A DNA stretch of 63,675 bases, filler included, from Chiloscyllium plagiosum (lineage: Eukaryota): NCBI RefSeq assembly GCF_004010195.1. It is 5 parts of one record of this genome, joined end to end, with 100 filler letters (N's around TTAATTAATTAA, not from the genome) between each part and the next. Parts side by side here need not be neighbours in the genome. Positions count along the whole stretch, not along the records: positions 1 to 22,779 come from NC_057712.1; 4 more parts are not named here. One strand, written 5' to 3'. The notes beneath the pieces were generated by a model that saw only the letters and a program-made list of their open reading frames with translations, searched no databases and had not been told where the DNA came from. Below are positions 1 to 12,549 of this stretch, in pieces (positions within the stretch are counted from its first letter, which is position 1; every line of letters starts with the position of its first letter). Made by a program: the position numbers and the translations under genes.

Positions 1-4
1 GTGG

Positions 5-562
5 AGCGCTTCTGTGGTGTTTCCTCCGGTGTTTATAGTGGCCTGTCCCTGCCGCTTCCGGTTGTCAGTTTCAGCTGTCTGCTGTAGTGGCCGGTATATT
101 GGGTCCAGGTCTATGTGTTTGTTGATGGAGTTTGTGGTTGAGTGCCATGCTTTTAGGGATTCCCTGGCTGTTCTTTGTTTCGCTTGCCCTATAATGGTAG
201 TGTTGTCCCAGTCAAATTCATGTTGCTTGTCACACACGCAGACGACAAGCAACATGAATTTGGCTGGGACAACACTACCATTATAGGGCAAGCGAAACAA
301 AGAACAGCCAGGGAATTCCTAGAAGCTTGGCACTCATCCACAAACTCCATCAACAAACACATAGACCTGGACCCAATATACCGGCCACTACAGCGGACAG
401 CTGAAACTGACAACTGGAAGCGGCAGGGACAGGCCACTATAAATGCCGGAGGAAACACCACAGAAGCGCTTCACAGGAGGCTCCCAAGCACTGAGGATGT
501 CACCTAGACAGGGGACGAAACGTTTGCAACAAAAACTTCCAGCTCGGCGAACAGAACCACAG
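5..562. mobile_element. Penelope-like element (Poseidon/Penelope-type, family A) 3' end, inverted duplication
   Basis: 5-230 is the near reverse complement of 244-470; plus arm encodes GIY-YIG C-terminus (HEFGWDNTTIIGQAKQRTAREFLEAWHS) followed by terminal repeat with hammerhead motif. Confidence 0.85.
488..527 (+). ncRNA. Minimal type I hammerhead ribozyme motif (PLE family A)
   Basis: gca-CTGAGGA-T-GTCACCT(AGAC)AGGGGAC-GAAA-CGTT-tgc: CUGANGA and GAAA cores, helix II, palindromic ACGU helix III, gca/tgc helix I. Confidence 0.8.
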
Positions 563-1010
563 CTATTTTTGTACTTTCTGGAATTGCTAACACTTCTTCC
601 TTGTGAACCTTAATCCCGTCTAGTCTAGTCACCTACATCTTGGTATTCTTCTCGACAACATTGTCTTTTTCCAGTATGAATACTGATGAAAATTAGTCAA
701 TTAATGCTTCCCTTATCTCCTCGGACTCCACGTACAACTTCACGCTACTATCCTTGATTGGTCCTCATGTTTCTCTAGGCATTCTTTTATTCCTGATTTA
801 TGTATAGAAAGCTTTAGCATTTCCTTGATCCTATCTGCCCTCGGCTTCTCATGTCCCCACCTGGCTCTTCTTGGGTCTCTCTTTAGGTCTTTTCTGGCTA
901 ACTTATAACTCTCAAGTGCCCAAACTGAGTCTTCATGTCTCATCCTAACATAAGCCTTATTTTTCCTATTGACAAGAGATTCAACTTCTTCAGTAAACCA
1001 TGGCTCCCTC
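563..1010 (-). mobile_element. CR1/HER1-type LINE ORF2 fragment
   Basis: Minus-strand EPWFTEEVESLVNRKNKAY...YKLARKDLK, the CR1 EN-RT linker. Confidence 0.75.
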
Positions 1011-1011
1011 A

Positions 1012-1440
1012 AAGAACAAAGGACAAAGAAAATTTACAGCCCAGGAACAGGCCCTTCAGCCATCCAAGCCTGAGCCAATCCAAATCCACTGTCTAAACCC
1101 ATTGCCCAATTACTAAGGATTTGTATCCCTCTGCTCCCCACTTAGTCATGCTTCTGTTCAGATGCATCTTAAATGAATCTACCGTGCCTGCCTCTACTCC
1201 CTCTACTGGCAACGCATTCCAGGCACCTACCACCCTCTGTGTTAAGTACTTTCCGTGTGTATCCCCCTTAAACATTTCACCTCTCACCTTGAACGCATGA
1301 CCTCTCATTATTGAATCTCTCATCCTGGGAAAAAAACTCATCTCTATCTACCCTGTCTATACCCTTCATGATTTTGTAGACCTCAGTCAGATCCCACCCT
1401 CAATCTCCTTTTTTTTAATGAAAACAATCATAATCTACTC
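1012..1440 (-). mobile_element. CR1/HER1-type LINE 3' end
   Basis: RGHAFKVRGEMFKGD...TQRVVGAWNALP C-terminal motif, then short-repeat tail. Confidence 0.8.
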
Positions 1441-3190
1441 AACCGCTCTTGATATGTATGTACCAGTCAGGCAGGAAAGAAATGGTCGTGTGAGGGAACC
1501 TTGGTTGACGAGGGAGGTTGAATGTCTTGTAAAGAGGAAGAAGGAGGCTTACATAAGGTTGAAGAAACAGGGTTCAGACAGAGCAATGGAGGGATACAGA
1601 ATAGCCAGAAGGGACCTGAAGAAAGGGATTAGGAGAGACAAGAGAGGGCATGAAGGATCAAGGATAACCCAAAGGCATTTTATGCGTATGTGAGAAACAT
1701 GAGAATGACGAGAACGAGGGTAAGTCCAATCAAGGACAGTAGTGGGAGACTGTGTATAGAGTCGGAAGAGATAGGAGAGGTCTTGAATGAGTACTTTTTT
1801 TCAGTANNNNNNNNNNNNNNNNNNNNNNNNNNNNNNNNNNNNNNNNNNNNNNNNNNNNNNNNNNNNNNNNNNNNNNNNNNNNNNNNNNNNNNNNNNNNNN
1901 NNNNNNNNNNNNNNNNNNNNNNNNNNNNNNNNNNNNNNNNNNNNNNNNNNNNNNNNNNNNNNNNNNNNNNNNNNNNNNNNNNNNNNNNNNNNNNNNNNNN
2001 NNNNNNNNNNNNNNNNNNNNNNNNNNNNNNNNNNNNNNNNNNNNNNNNNNNNNNNNNNNNNNNNNNNNNNNNNNNNNNNNNNNNNNNNNNNNNNNNNNNN
2101 NNNNNNNNNNNNNNNNNNNNNNNNNNNNNNNNNNNNNNNNNNNNNNNNNNNNNNNNNNNNNNNNNNNNNNNNNNNNNNNNNNNNNNNNNNNNNNNNNNNN
2201 NNNNNNNNNNNNNNNNNNNNNNNNNNNNNNNNNNNNNNNNNNNNNNNNNNNNNNNNNNNNNNNNNNNNNNNNNNNNNNNNNNNNNNNNNNNNNNNNNNNN
2301 NNNNNNNNNNNNNNNNNNNNNNNNNNNNNNNNNNNNNNNNNNNNNNNNNNNNNNNNNNNNNNNNNNNNNNNNNNNNNNNNNNNNNNNNNNNNNNNNNNNN
2401 NNNNNNNNNNNNNNNNNNNNNNNNNNNNNNNNNNNNNNNNNNNNNNNNNNNNNNNNNNNNNNNNNNNNNNNNNNNNNNNNNNNNNNNNNNNNNNNNNNNN
2501 NNNNNNNNNNNNNNNNNNNNNNNNNNNNNNNNNNNNNNNNNNNNNNNNNNNNNNNNNNNNNNNNNNNNNNNNNNNNNNNNNNNNNNNNNNNNNNNNNNNN
2601 NNNNNNNNNNNNNNNNNNNNNNNNNNNNNNNNNNNNNNNNNNNNNNNNNNNNNNNNNNNNNNNNNNNNNNNNNNNNNNNNNNNNNNNNNNNNNNNNNNNN
2701 NNNNNNNNNNNNNNNNNNNNNNNNNNNNNNNNNNNNNNNNNNNNNNNNNNNNNNNNNNNNNNNNNNNNNNNNNNNNNNNNNNNNNNNNNNNNNNNNNNNN
2801 NNNGAGGATCGGTTGAGAGTGCTAGGCCTTTTCTCGTTGGAACGGCGAAGGATGAGGGGTGACTTGATAGAGGTTTATAAGATGACCAGAGGAATACATA
2901 GAGTAGACAGTCAGAAACTTTTTCCCCGGGTGCAACAGAGTGTTACAAGGGGACATAAATTTAAGGTAAAGGGTGGAACGTACAGGGAAGATGTCAGGGG
3001 TGGGTTCTTTACCCAGAGAGTGGTGGGGGCATGGAATGCGCTGCCTGTGGGAGTGGTAGAGTCAGAATCTTTGGTGACCTTTAAGCGGCAATTGGATAGG
3101 TACATGGATGGGTGCTTAAGCTAGGACAAATGTTCGGCACAACACCGTGGGCCGAAGGGCCTGTTCTGTGCTGTATTGTTCTATGTTCTA
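1441..3190 (+). mobile_element. CR1/HER1-type LINE ORF2 to 3' tail (gap 1807-2803)
   Basis: EPWLTREVECLVKRKKEAY; LGLFSLERRRMRGDLIEVYKM; FFTQRVVGAWNALP; TTCTATG tail. Confidence 0.85.
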
Positions 3191-4597
3191 TGTTCTATAG
3201 CTAGCACTTTCCATACCAGGCATCATCATTGTGAACCTTCTCTGCACCCTCTCCAAAGTGTCCACATCCTTTTGGTAATGTGGCAACCAGAACTGTACAC
3301 AGTAGTCTAAATGCAGCCGAACCAATGTTGTGTACAATTTTAACATGACCTGCAAGCTCTTATACTCAATACCCCGTCTGATGAAGGCAAGCATACCACA
3401 TGCCTCCTTGACCACTCTATCCACCTGTGCAGTCACCTTCAGGGTACAATGAACCTGAACTCCTAGATCTCTTTGATCCTCAACCTTTCCAAAGGGTCTT
3501 CCATTTACAGTATTGTTCACTCTAGAATTAGACTTCCCAAAATGCATCACCTTACATTTGCCTGGATAGAACACCATCTGCACTTCTCTGCCCAACTCTC
3601 CAGTCTATCTATATTCTCCTGTATTCTTTGACAGCCCCCTATGCTTTCTGCTACTCCAACAATCTTCGTTTTATCTGCAAACGTACTGATCAGACTAACA
3701 ATGCCCTCTTCCAGATTAGTTAAGTAATATTACAACAACAGTGGCCTAGCACTGATCCCTGTGGAACATCACTGGTCACCTTTCTCCATTTCAAGAAACT
3801 CCCTTCAACTACTACGCTCTGCCTTCTGTTGCTCAACCAGTTCTTTATCCACCTAGCTCAAACACCCTGCAAACCTTGTGACTTCACTTTCTCCATTAGT
3901 TTACAGTGGGGAACCTTATCAAACGCCTTACTAAAGTCCATGTATATGGCATCTAAGCCCTTCCTTCATCTATCAACTTGGTCATTTCCTCAAAGAACTT
4001 TATTAAATTGGTAAGGTACGATCTCCCCTGCACAAAACCACTTTGCCTATCACTGATAAGCCCGTTCTTTTCCAAATATAAATAGATTTTATCCCTCAGT
4101 ACCTTCTCCAGCAACTTACCCACCACTGACGTCAGGCTCCCTGGTTTGTAGTTACCTGGAATATCCCTACTACCCTTCTTGTAAAAGGGAACAAGGATTT
4201 TAAGGATGCTACAAAGATATGTGTCAGGGCCCCAGCTATTTCTCTCTCACCTCCCTCAGCAACCTGGGATAGATTCATCTGGTCCTAGGGATTTATTCAC
4301 CTTAACATCCTTTAGCCTACCCAACACATCTTTCCTCCTTATGTTAACATGATCCAGAGTAAACTAACTTCTCTCTAATCTCAACATTCATCAAGTCCCT
4401 CTCTTCAGTGAACACTGATGCAAAGTAATCATTGAGAATCTCATCCATTTTCTCAGGTTCGACATGCAACTTTCCTTCCTTGTCCTTTAGTGGACCAACC
4501 CTTTCTCTAGTTACCCTCTTGCTTCTTATATATGAATAAAAGGCCTTGGGATTCTCCATAATTCTGCTCACTAAAGTTATTTCATGATACCTTTTAG

Positions 4598-5121
4598 GAG
4601 GAGAAAGTGAGGTCTGCAGATGCTGGAGATCAAAGTTGAAACTTTATTGCTGGAACAGCACAGCAGGTCAGGCAGCATCCAGGGAACAGGAGATTCGACG
4701 TTTCGGGCACAGGCCCTTCTTCAGGAATGAGCAGAGAGTGTTCAGCAGGAGAAGATAAAAGGTAGGGAGGAGGGAGTTGGAGGAGGGGCGTTGGAAATGT
4801 GATAGGTGGAAAGAGGTCAAGGTGAGGGTGATAGGTCGGAGTAGGGTGGAGGCGGAGAGGTCAAGAAGAAGACTGCAGGTCAGGAAGGCGGTGCCGGGCT
4901 GGAGGGATCCGGCTGAGACAAGGTGGGGGGAGGGGGGGATGAAGAAACTGGTGAAGTGCAAGTTCATCCCCTGCGGTTGGAGGGTTCCCAGTCGGAAGAT
5001 AAGACGCTCCTCCTCCGGCCGTCGGGTTGTTGTGGTTTGGCGGTGGATGAGTCCAATGACCTGCATATCCTCGGTGGAGTGGGAGGGGGAGTTGAAATGC
5101 TGTGCCACAGGTTTTAGCCCG
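4598..5121 (-). mobile_element. Penelope-like element (Neptune-like, family B) 3' end
   Basis: GIY-YIG C-terminus AQHFNSPSHS...EEERLIFRLGTLQPQGMN; 15-bp TSD CATGATACCTTTTAG at 4583-4597 and 5122-5136. Confidence 0.85.
4693..4728 (-). ncRNA. Minimal hammerhead ribozyme motif (PLE family B), intact
   Basis: Minus strand attc-CTGAAGA-A-GGGC(CTGT)GCCC-GAAA-CGTC-gaat; perfect helix I and II, GUC cleavage triplet. Confidence 0.85.
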
Positions 5122-5974
5122 CATGATACCTTTTAGCCCGCTTGATTCCTCGTTTAAGATTGGTCTTGCTCTCCCAATATTCCTCCAAGGCCCGTTCTGT
5201 TCTTAGCTGCCTGGACCTTATGTATGCTTCCCTTTTCCTCTTGGCTAGTTGCAAGATTTCTCCTGTCATCCATTGTTCACAAATCTTGCCTTTCCTATCC
5301 CTTGTTTTCAAAGGGACATGCCTATTCTGCACTACTGTTAACCTATTTTTGAAAGCCTCCCACATATCAAATGTGGACTTCCCTTCAAATAGCTGCTCCC
5401 AATCCACATTTCCCAGTTCCTGCCAAACTTTGATATAATTGGCCTTGGCCCAGTTTAGTACTCTTCCCTTAGGACCACTCTCATCTTTGTCTACGAGTAT
5501 TCTAAAACTTACAGAATTGTGGTCACTATTCCCAAAGAAATCCCCCACTGCAATGTCTACACCCTGGCCTGACTCATTCCCCAACACCAGGTCCAATATG
5601 GTCCCTTCCCTCGTCGGACTATTGACATACTGCTCTAGAAAACTTTCCTGGACGCTCCTTATAAATTCTGTCCGATCCAGAACTCTGGCAATCAGTGTAT
5701 CTCAATCAACATTGGAAAAATTAAAATCTCCCATCACCACCACCCTGTTGCCTCTACACCTTTCCCTAATCTATTTACCTATTTGTTCTTCTACCTTACG
5801 CTCACTGTTGGGAGGCCTGAATTACAGCCCCAATGTAACTGCACCCCTATTTCTTAGCTCTACCCATAATGCCTCACTGCTCAAGCCCTCCATCGTGTCC
5901 TAATTTAGCACAGCCGTGATGTCATCCCTGACCAGCAACTCCTCCCCCCAATTTACTTCCCTTCCCTCGCTCGA

Positions 5975-6430
5975 CCACTTCTTCCCTGTCTGACAGGTAC
6001 ATACTTATCAAGGAGCCACAGTAGCAGTTCTTTGAATGAGCTCCACATTTCAATTGTGCCCATTCCCCCTGCAATTTTCTTCCCTATCCTGTGCGTCTTA
6101 AATCTTGCCTAATCACATCATAATAACCTCCCTCCCAGCTATAACTCTTGCCCTGCATTATATACCTACCCCTTTCCATCGCTTAAGTAAATATAACAGA
6201 ATTGTGGTCACTATCACCAAAGTGCTCACCTATCACCAAATAACACCTGGCCGGGTTCATTACCCAGTTGAGGCAATCTTCAAAAAGTATTTGGATGAAT
6301 GCTTAATGTTATAATGTTCAAGGATATGTGTCTGGTGTGGGGAAATGGGGCCAGTGTTCGTAATAGTATATTTTTACCATTACAGACTCTATGGGCCAAA
6401 GGGCCTATCTTACTACATGATTCCATAATT
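5975..6430. mobile_element. Short CR1 fragments (minus-strand EN region, then plus-strand 3' end)
   Basis: Minus GDSDHNS-like segment near 6200; GGGCCAAAGGGCCT CR1 tail motif near 6392. Confidence 0.5.
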
Positions 6431-6569
6431 CTACCTGTGTTGATATTATCACACCTATTCATCAGTGTAAAGACTTGATCCTCTTGGAGTGTTGTACCTT
6501 CCATCCAAAGGACAATCACTTTGTTGAATGAAATAGGCAGCAGTTGTCTGTCATGTTTGCTAATTTGCT

Positions 6570-6985
6570 TTTGGGAAGGAAACTGTCATCCTTCCCTAGG
6601 AGAAAGTGAGGATTGCAGATGCTGGAGATCGGAGCTGAAAAATGTGTTGCTGGAAAAGCGCAGCAGGTCAGGCAGCATCCAAGGAGCAGGAGAATCGACG
6701 TTTCGGGCATAAGCCCTTCTTCAGGAAAGGAGAATCGACGTTTCGGGAATTCCTGAAGAAGGGCGTATGCCCGAAACGTCGATTCTCCTGCTCCTTGGAT
6801 GCTGCCTGACCTGCTGCACTTTTCCAGCAACACATTTTTCAGCTGTCATCCTTCCCTAACCTGGCCCAGGTGTGAATCCAGACCCACAGCAATGTGGCTG
6901 ATTCTTAACAGGCCTCTGGACAATTAGGGATGGACAATAAGTGCTGGCCTAGACAATAATGCCTACATTCTATGAATGAATAATG
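6570..6985 (+). mobile_element. 3' part of a SINE, host of the fold-back PLE
   Basis: GTGAATCCAGACCCACAGCAATGTGG...GACAATAAGTGCTGGCC tail, homologous to 10433-10630. Confidence 0.55.
6599..6842. mobile_element. Fold-back non-autonomous PLE (family B) with hammerhead motifs on both strands
   Basis: Inverted arms; hammerhead minus 6697-6724 and plus 6753-6780; 16-bp TSD CTGTCATCCTTCCCTA at 6583-6598 and 6843-6858. Confidence 0.85.
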
Positions 6986-7663
6986 TTTACAAATGTACAA
7001 CTCTCCTGATTGCCTCTTGTTAAATTAGATGATACTAAGATTGCACAACAACCTACATTCAACATGATCTCTGATGGGATTCTCAATTTTGGGAAATGCT
7101 AAAGAGAGCAGTTATGAAAAGCTTCATAAGCTGAGTCTTTTCAGACTTCACATTGTATTTCAGAATGACCAGTTCACTGTGTTTATCAGTTCAGCAATTA
7201 TTTTCTAATCAACCTGTTCAGAGATGTTATTACAAACCTTTGGAGCAAGTGGGCTTTGAAATTATAACAGGGCTCTTAATAGTTTCCCAAGTCCAACTGT
7301 CGCATATGTAGCACTTCTTTAAAATGCTAAACTTACCAAAGAGCATGTGAATAGAAACTGATCTTAGTTCATACATAACAAAACTATTTTGATAGTCAAT
7401 TAACTGCAGGAAGTGTCTGGAAAAATTCCATCTGAATTTCACTTAAACTCTTCTACCTTACATCCCATTATTACTATCTCTTGCTACAACCACTCAAAGG
7501 TAAATATGAGTATGAAGAGAAAATTAAACAGCCCACAAAACAAATCCAATCCATTGTTTTATAAAGGTCTAAGCTATATGTAAATGACTGAGAATTTAAT
7601 GAACTCACATTGATAACATATGATTTACAGAATTTCATATAAAATACAGAGAGCAATAGGCCT

Positions 7664-7848
7664 GCTGTGGTTCTGTTCGCCGAGGTGGAAGTTTTTGTTG
7701 CAAATGTCTCATCCCCTGTCCAGGTGACATCCTCAGTGCTTGGGATGTCACCTAGACAGGGAACGAAACGTTTGCAACAAAAACTTCCAGCTCGGCGAAC
7801 AGAACCACAGCAACGAGCACCTGAGCTACAAATCTTCTCACAAACTTT
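7664..7848. mobile_element. Fold-back non-autonomous PLE (family A)
   Basis: Inverted arms of the family A terminal repeat; 13-bp TSD GAGCAATAGGCCT at 7651-7663 and 7849-7861; both hammerhead cores defective. Confidence 0.8.
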
Positions 7849-7989
7849 GAGCAATAGGCCTTTCATTATTAATCTGTATAAGTTGAGTTGCATTAAACAA
7901 TATATTGTAAATAGTTGTACACTGAAATCATAATTCCTCGATGTTTTAAATATCTTTTACATTGTTTCTTGTGTAGCTTTAAATGATCC

Positions 7990-10168
7990 CACCCCTTCCC
8001 CCTCCCATTTAACTCTCACCACCCTTGGCCCCTACCCCACATTCCTGATGAAGAGCTTATGCTCGAAACATCGACTCTCTTGCTCCTCGGATACTGCCTG
8101 ATGTGCTGTGCCTTTCCAGTGCCACACTTTTTGACTCTTATCTCCAGCATCTGCAGTCCTCACTTTCTCCTAGTCAGTTATAACCTTACTGCAAAACCTC
8201 TTCCAAGGATGTCCACCTTAAGATGTCCTCCTCCCTCCAGAAGGATATCAGTGAGTCTCTCTCTCTCACTGCAGCCCCCACGTGATCTCCTCTGCCCTGA
8301 AACGTTTCAGCCACGTCCTAAAGCAGACCCGCTACTACAGCCACATCTCCTTCCTCAGCACCTGCCCACTCAAACCACTCATCCCACATGGACTCCAGAC
8401 TACATTCAGACCATCACAATTTGGACTTGGCCAGGACAACCACTACCTACAGGAAATCCAAAGCCTTCAGAAACGGTTCTGCCTCCGGATCCTCTGCTCC
8501 AGGCTTGCAGCCATGCGCCGTCACCTACTCTCCCTGCAGTCAGCCCTGCCCCAGCTCAGGGCCACATTCTCCCAGACTTGCAAAGAACCTCTACTGTTGT
8601 TCATCCTGAGAAGAATCCACACACAAATACTTTTTCTTACCGAACGTTAAGGAACGCAAATACACCAAACTTTCACATACTTACCTCCCAACTCGGTATT
8701 CCAAGATCAATCCAGAACCTTCTCCTGCCCTCCGGAACCACTTGGAAACCATTAACCACATGGCAGCTACAGCCACTACCACCACGGCAAATGATGATGT
8801 CATTTATGTCCGCGCCGCCCCACAGACCGCAGCCACCACCGACTATACCGCCTCTGTAATTGCCGTCAGGACCAATGCGTCTTCCAATGCTGCTAGGACC
8901 ATTGCCTCCTCCACTGCCAAAATAACTGTCTCTGAAACCACTGCAAAGACTACCTGCCACGTCAACTCCATCCCCGTAATTGCAGCCAACTCAGTCAGAT
9001 CTGCCCCAGCCGACGTCACTCACCAGAACACTGCTGAACACGCAGCTGCCAAACACAATGCAAATGTCACTTATGTCCCCATGGATGCCACCAAATGCAC
9101 CACTTCTGCCTCCCTGACATCCATGGTGTCGTCACTTCCTTTGGTGATGTCATCCATGATACCATAACCATACCCACTCCAGTGACAGTCTCAGCCCCCA
9201 TACACAACTCCAGCTTTATAGCAGGTCCTAGACCCCAGCCTTGCCATGTTTTTACTATCCTTCGGGACATCCCCCTCACTGAGGATGAACAATCAGTCCT
9301 CAGTAAAGGTCTCACCTTCCTCCCATTATGCTCCTAGATCAACAAATTCAACACACATTGCTACATCAAATTTTTCTTCTGCTGCCTCCGCGCTTACTTT
9401 TTCCATCAGGACTCCCACCCATCCTCTGAAGGCCCCTTCGCCCACCTCCAACATACCCCTTCCACTTAGACACTCCATTACCCAGATTTGATCTCTTAAT
9501 CTCTAACTCCCGCCGCGACATTGAATGCCTCAACTTGTCCACCCTTCTCACCCACTTCAACCTCTCACCCTCACAGCATGCAGCCCTCCACCCCCTCCGC
9601 TTCAATCCCAATCTCACCATCAAACCAGCAGACAAGGGGGGGGCACAAGATTAGTTTGGCACACCGACCTGTACCCCATTGAAGCCAGGTGCCAACTCAC
9701 GGACACCACCTAAAGGGGTGGGGTTCACGGGCGGAGGTGTGGCAAGTGGAGGAAATGCGCTGGAGGTCATTGTTGACCACGTGGGAGGGGAAATTGTGGT
9801 CCTTGAAGTGGGAGGCCATCTGCGATGTCCCTTGACCTTATCCCAGATTTAATCCCCCAACTCGGCACCACCCTCTTGACCTGTTCATCTTCCTTGCCAC
9901 CTATCCGCTCCATCCTTTATTCCAACCTATCACCATACCCTTCACCTTCATCTACGTTTCACTCTCCTAGTTTCCTTTCCCCAAGCATCACCCCCGTTCC
10001 ATTTATCTCTCAGCCCCCTTGGGCCTCCCTCTCCATTCCTGATGAAGAGCTTATATTCGAAATGTTGACTCTCCTGCTCCTCGGGTGCTGACTGACCGGC
10101 TGTGCTTTTCCAGCACCATACCTTTTGAGTCTGATCTCCAACATTTGCGGTCTTCACTTTCTCCTATA
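7990..10168 (+). mobile_element. Internally deleted PLE (family B) with direct terminal repeats (pLTRs)
   Basis: Direct repeats ~8040-8173 and ~10035-10168, each with CTGATGA..GAAA core; internal VFTI..PLTEDEQSVLSKGLTF PLE N-terminal motif; inverted RT-thumb piece at ~9711-9825. Confidence 0.8.
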
Positions 10169-10244
10169 GTTACTTGTTTTATTTGTCTCACCTTTATAAT
10201 TCAGCTCTTCACTCCATGATGATTTTTCAAAAGATCTGTCTGCT

Positions 10245-10635
10245 GGAGTGGGCACTGGTGTACTGGTTAAGTCACTGGACTAGGAATGCATGGGCCCAGG
10301 TTTACGTTCTGGGGACATGGTTTTGAAACCCACAATGCAGCTGGTAGAATTTGAAATTAAATCTGACTGTTAAATAATTGTCAGTGTTGTAAAACCTTCT
10401 TACTGACAGCCTTTTCCTGGTCTGGCTTACATGTGACTCCAGACCTACAGCGATATGGTTGACTCTTAATTGCCCTCTGAAGTGGCCAAGTTGTGGAACT
10501 TTCTCTCTAATTGCATTGTGGGTCTACCTACAGTACATGGACTGCAGTGGTTTAAGAAAGCAGCTCACCACCACCTTCTGAAAGGCAATTTAGTATAGGC
10601 AATAAATGACCACATCTAACGGACGAATAAACAAA
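10245..10635 (+). mobile_element. tRNA-head SINE (shark type), diverged
   Basis: A-box-like TGGTGTACTGG head, B-box-like GGTTTTGAAACC, body shared with 6860-6980. Confidence 0.55.
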
Positions 10636-10677
10636 AATATGCCTAACAGAACAGTGAAAACAGAAATTGCTAAAGAG

Positions 10678-11012
10678 GGCAGCACGGTGGCTCAATGGTT
10701 AGCACTGCTGCCTCACAGACCCAGGGACCAGGGTTTGATTCCAGCCTCGGGCGACTGTCCGTATGGAGTTTGCACATTCTCCCTGTACCTTTGTGGATTT
10801 CCTCTGAGCACTCTGGTTTCCTCCCACAGTCCAAAGATGTACAGGTTAGGTGATTTGGTCACGCTAAATTGCCCAAAGTGTTCAGGGATGTGTAGGTTAG
10901 GTGCATTGGTTGGGGTAAATATAGAAGAATGGGTCTGGGTGGATTACTCTTTGGAGTGTCGATGTGGACTTGTTGGACCAAAGGACCTGTTTCTACACTT
11001 TAGGGATTCTAT
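10678..11012 (+). mobile_element. HE1-type SINE
   Basis: GGCAGCACGGTGGCTCAATGGTTAGCACTGCTGCCTCACAG tRNA head; GGAGTTTGCACATTCTCCC body. Confidence 0.85.
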
Positions 11013-12124
11013 TTAAAAAAAACTCAACAGGTCTGGCAGCATCTGGAAAGAGAAACAGATTTAATGTGTTGAGCCTCATGTGACTTTTCAGAACAGAGTT
11101 CTCTTCAAATGTTAACTCTGTTTCTCTTTCCACACCTGCTGCAGTATTTTGCATTCACAGGGTCAGTGATAGTGGGTTGCTGGATATTCACTTATATATA
11201 TAAAGCACTATCCAGGCATAGTGTTGATAACAGAGGAACATAAGGAGATGTAAAAACAGACAGCCATTCGGCTCACTATTTAATATTCCACTTAGTGTCT
11301 TTAATATACAAAGATGTGTCAATCTTGAGATAACTGTCCATTGATAGTGCTGCTGCACTATGTGATCTTATGTAGTCAAGATTTATTTCTCATTTGGAAT
11401 TAAGCAGGAGGTACAATTTGCAGTGCTTTGAGAGAGAAGATGCTGCAGATTTCTTCATTTCACTGACCGTGTTCAGCAGTTGCTGAGAGCACCAAGACTA
11501 TTCACTCTGATTGACAAGGAGTAATCTGTCATCATTCTACCTAAGAACTAACAGCAGCAAGCCTAGAATTAATCCTGAAACAACTTAGGTAAAGTGTTCA
11601 AGAGGCAAAATGAAGGGGGTGATGGGGTAAAGGCATTGGTGTTGGTAAAGACTTAGCTGCAAACACAAAATGATTCCACACATGGACAAAGCAGTGCACA
11701 TTATCATTATGTCACAGATATATAGAAATATTACACACATCAGGCCTCAAGTCAGAGAAAGATTGCTTGGCCCATCTGTTTGAAAGTTACTCTGATATCC
11801 CTGCTCCTTCATCTGCAATTCAACCCATAGTCTCACATATAGATGAGATGAATCTCCCACAGATACAGACACATGCCCAAACTGTTTCAAACACAGATAG
11901 AACCTTGCAGTCTCACACATCCAACATCTTCAGCAAGCAGACAGACAGAGCAACCACCCGAACACACTCTGTTGCCAGTTCAGTGTCTTTCTCACACATG
12001 GTTACAATTACCACACAGTTACATGCCCCGGCAGCACATTCTCCCTGACAAGAATTGGTGTGAAAGGTGTTCCCAAACCAATCACTGAGAACTGAATAAA
12101 ATATCAAATGAAGATCATCAAAAG

Positions 12125-12298
12125 ATAAAAATCACACAACACCAGGTTATAACTCAACGGGTTTATTTGGAAGTACAAGCTTTTGGAGCACTGCTCCTTC
12201 ATCTACTCTGAAAGCTTGTACCCCCAAATACATCTGTTGGGCTTTAACCAGGCTGGTGTGATTTTTAACTTTGTCAACACCAGCACCTGCACATCATT
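12125..12298. mobile_element. Fold-back PLE-derived element (family C), diverged
   Basis: Inverted arms homologous to the 60347-60512 palindrome. Confidence 0.7.
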
Positions 12299-12549
12299 AT
12301 GAAAAAAGGCATCAAGAGCAGAACCCTGAAAGAACGGGTGAGCGCCCCAAAAATTGCTAGGCTCCAGTGAACGAAGAATCTGCACAGAGCTTAAGTTAGC
12401 AAAAGGAACCAAAATACTAGTACTAAAAGTAAACAAAAAGAGGCAAAGTAAAGAAATGATGTGTGAACTCTGAACAATATAACCAGGAATTTTAAAAAAT
12501 GTATTCATGGGATGAGGATGTCGCTGGCTAGGCCAGCATTTAATGGAGT

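Larger units (their letters stand above)
3191..5940 (-). mobile_element. CR1/HER1-type LINE ORF2 (endonuclease-RT), decayed, interrupted by a PLE
   Basis: GNSDHNSVSF (APE endonuclease), KCKVMHFG, RDLGVQV, LERVQRRFT motifs. Confidence 0.85.

Noticed and set aside
1690..3124. Long ORFs of 230-445 aa here and at 32648-33803 and 54310-55113
   Set aside because: Lengths are artefacts of reading through N gaps
8742..9167. Thr/Ala-rich mucin-like ORF as a host gene
   Set aside because: Lies between PLE N-terminal motifs within the pLTR-bounded element; low-complexity linker of the PLE ORF
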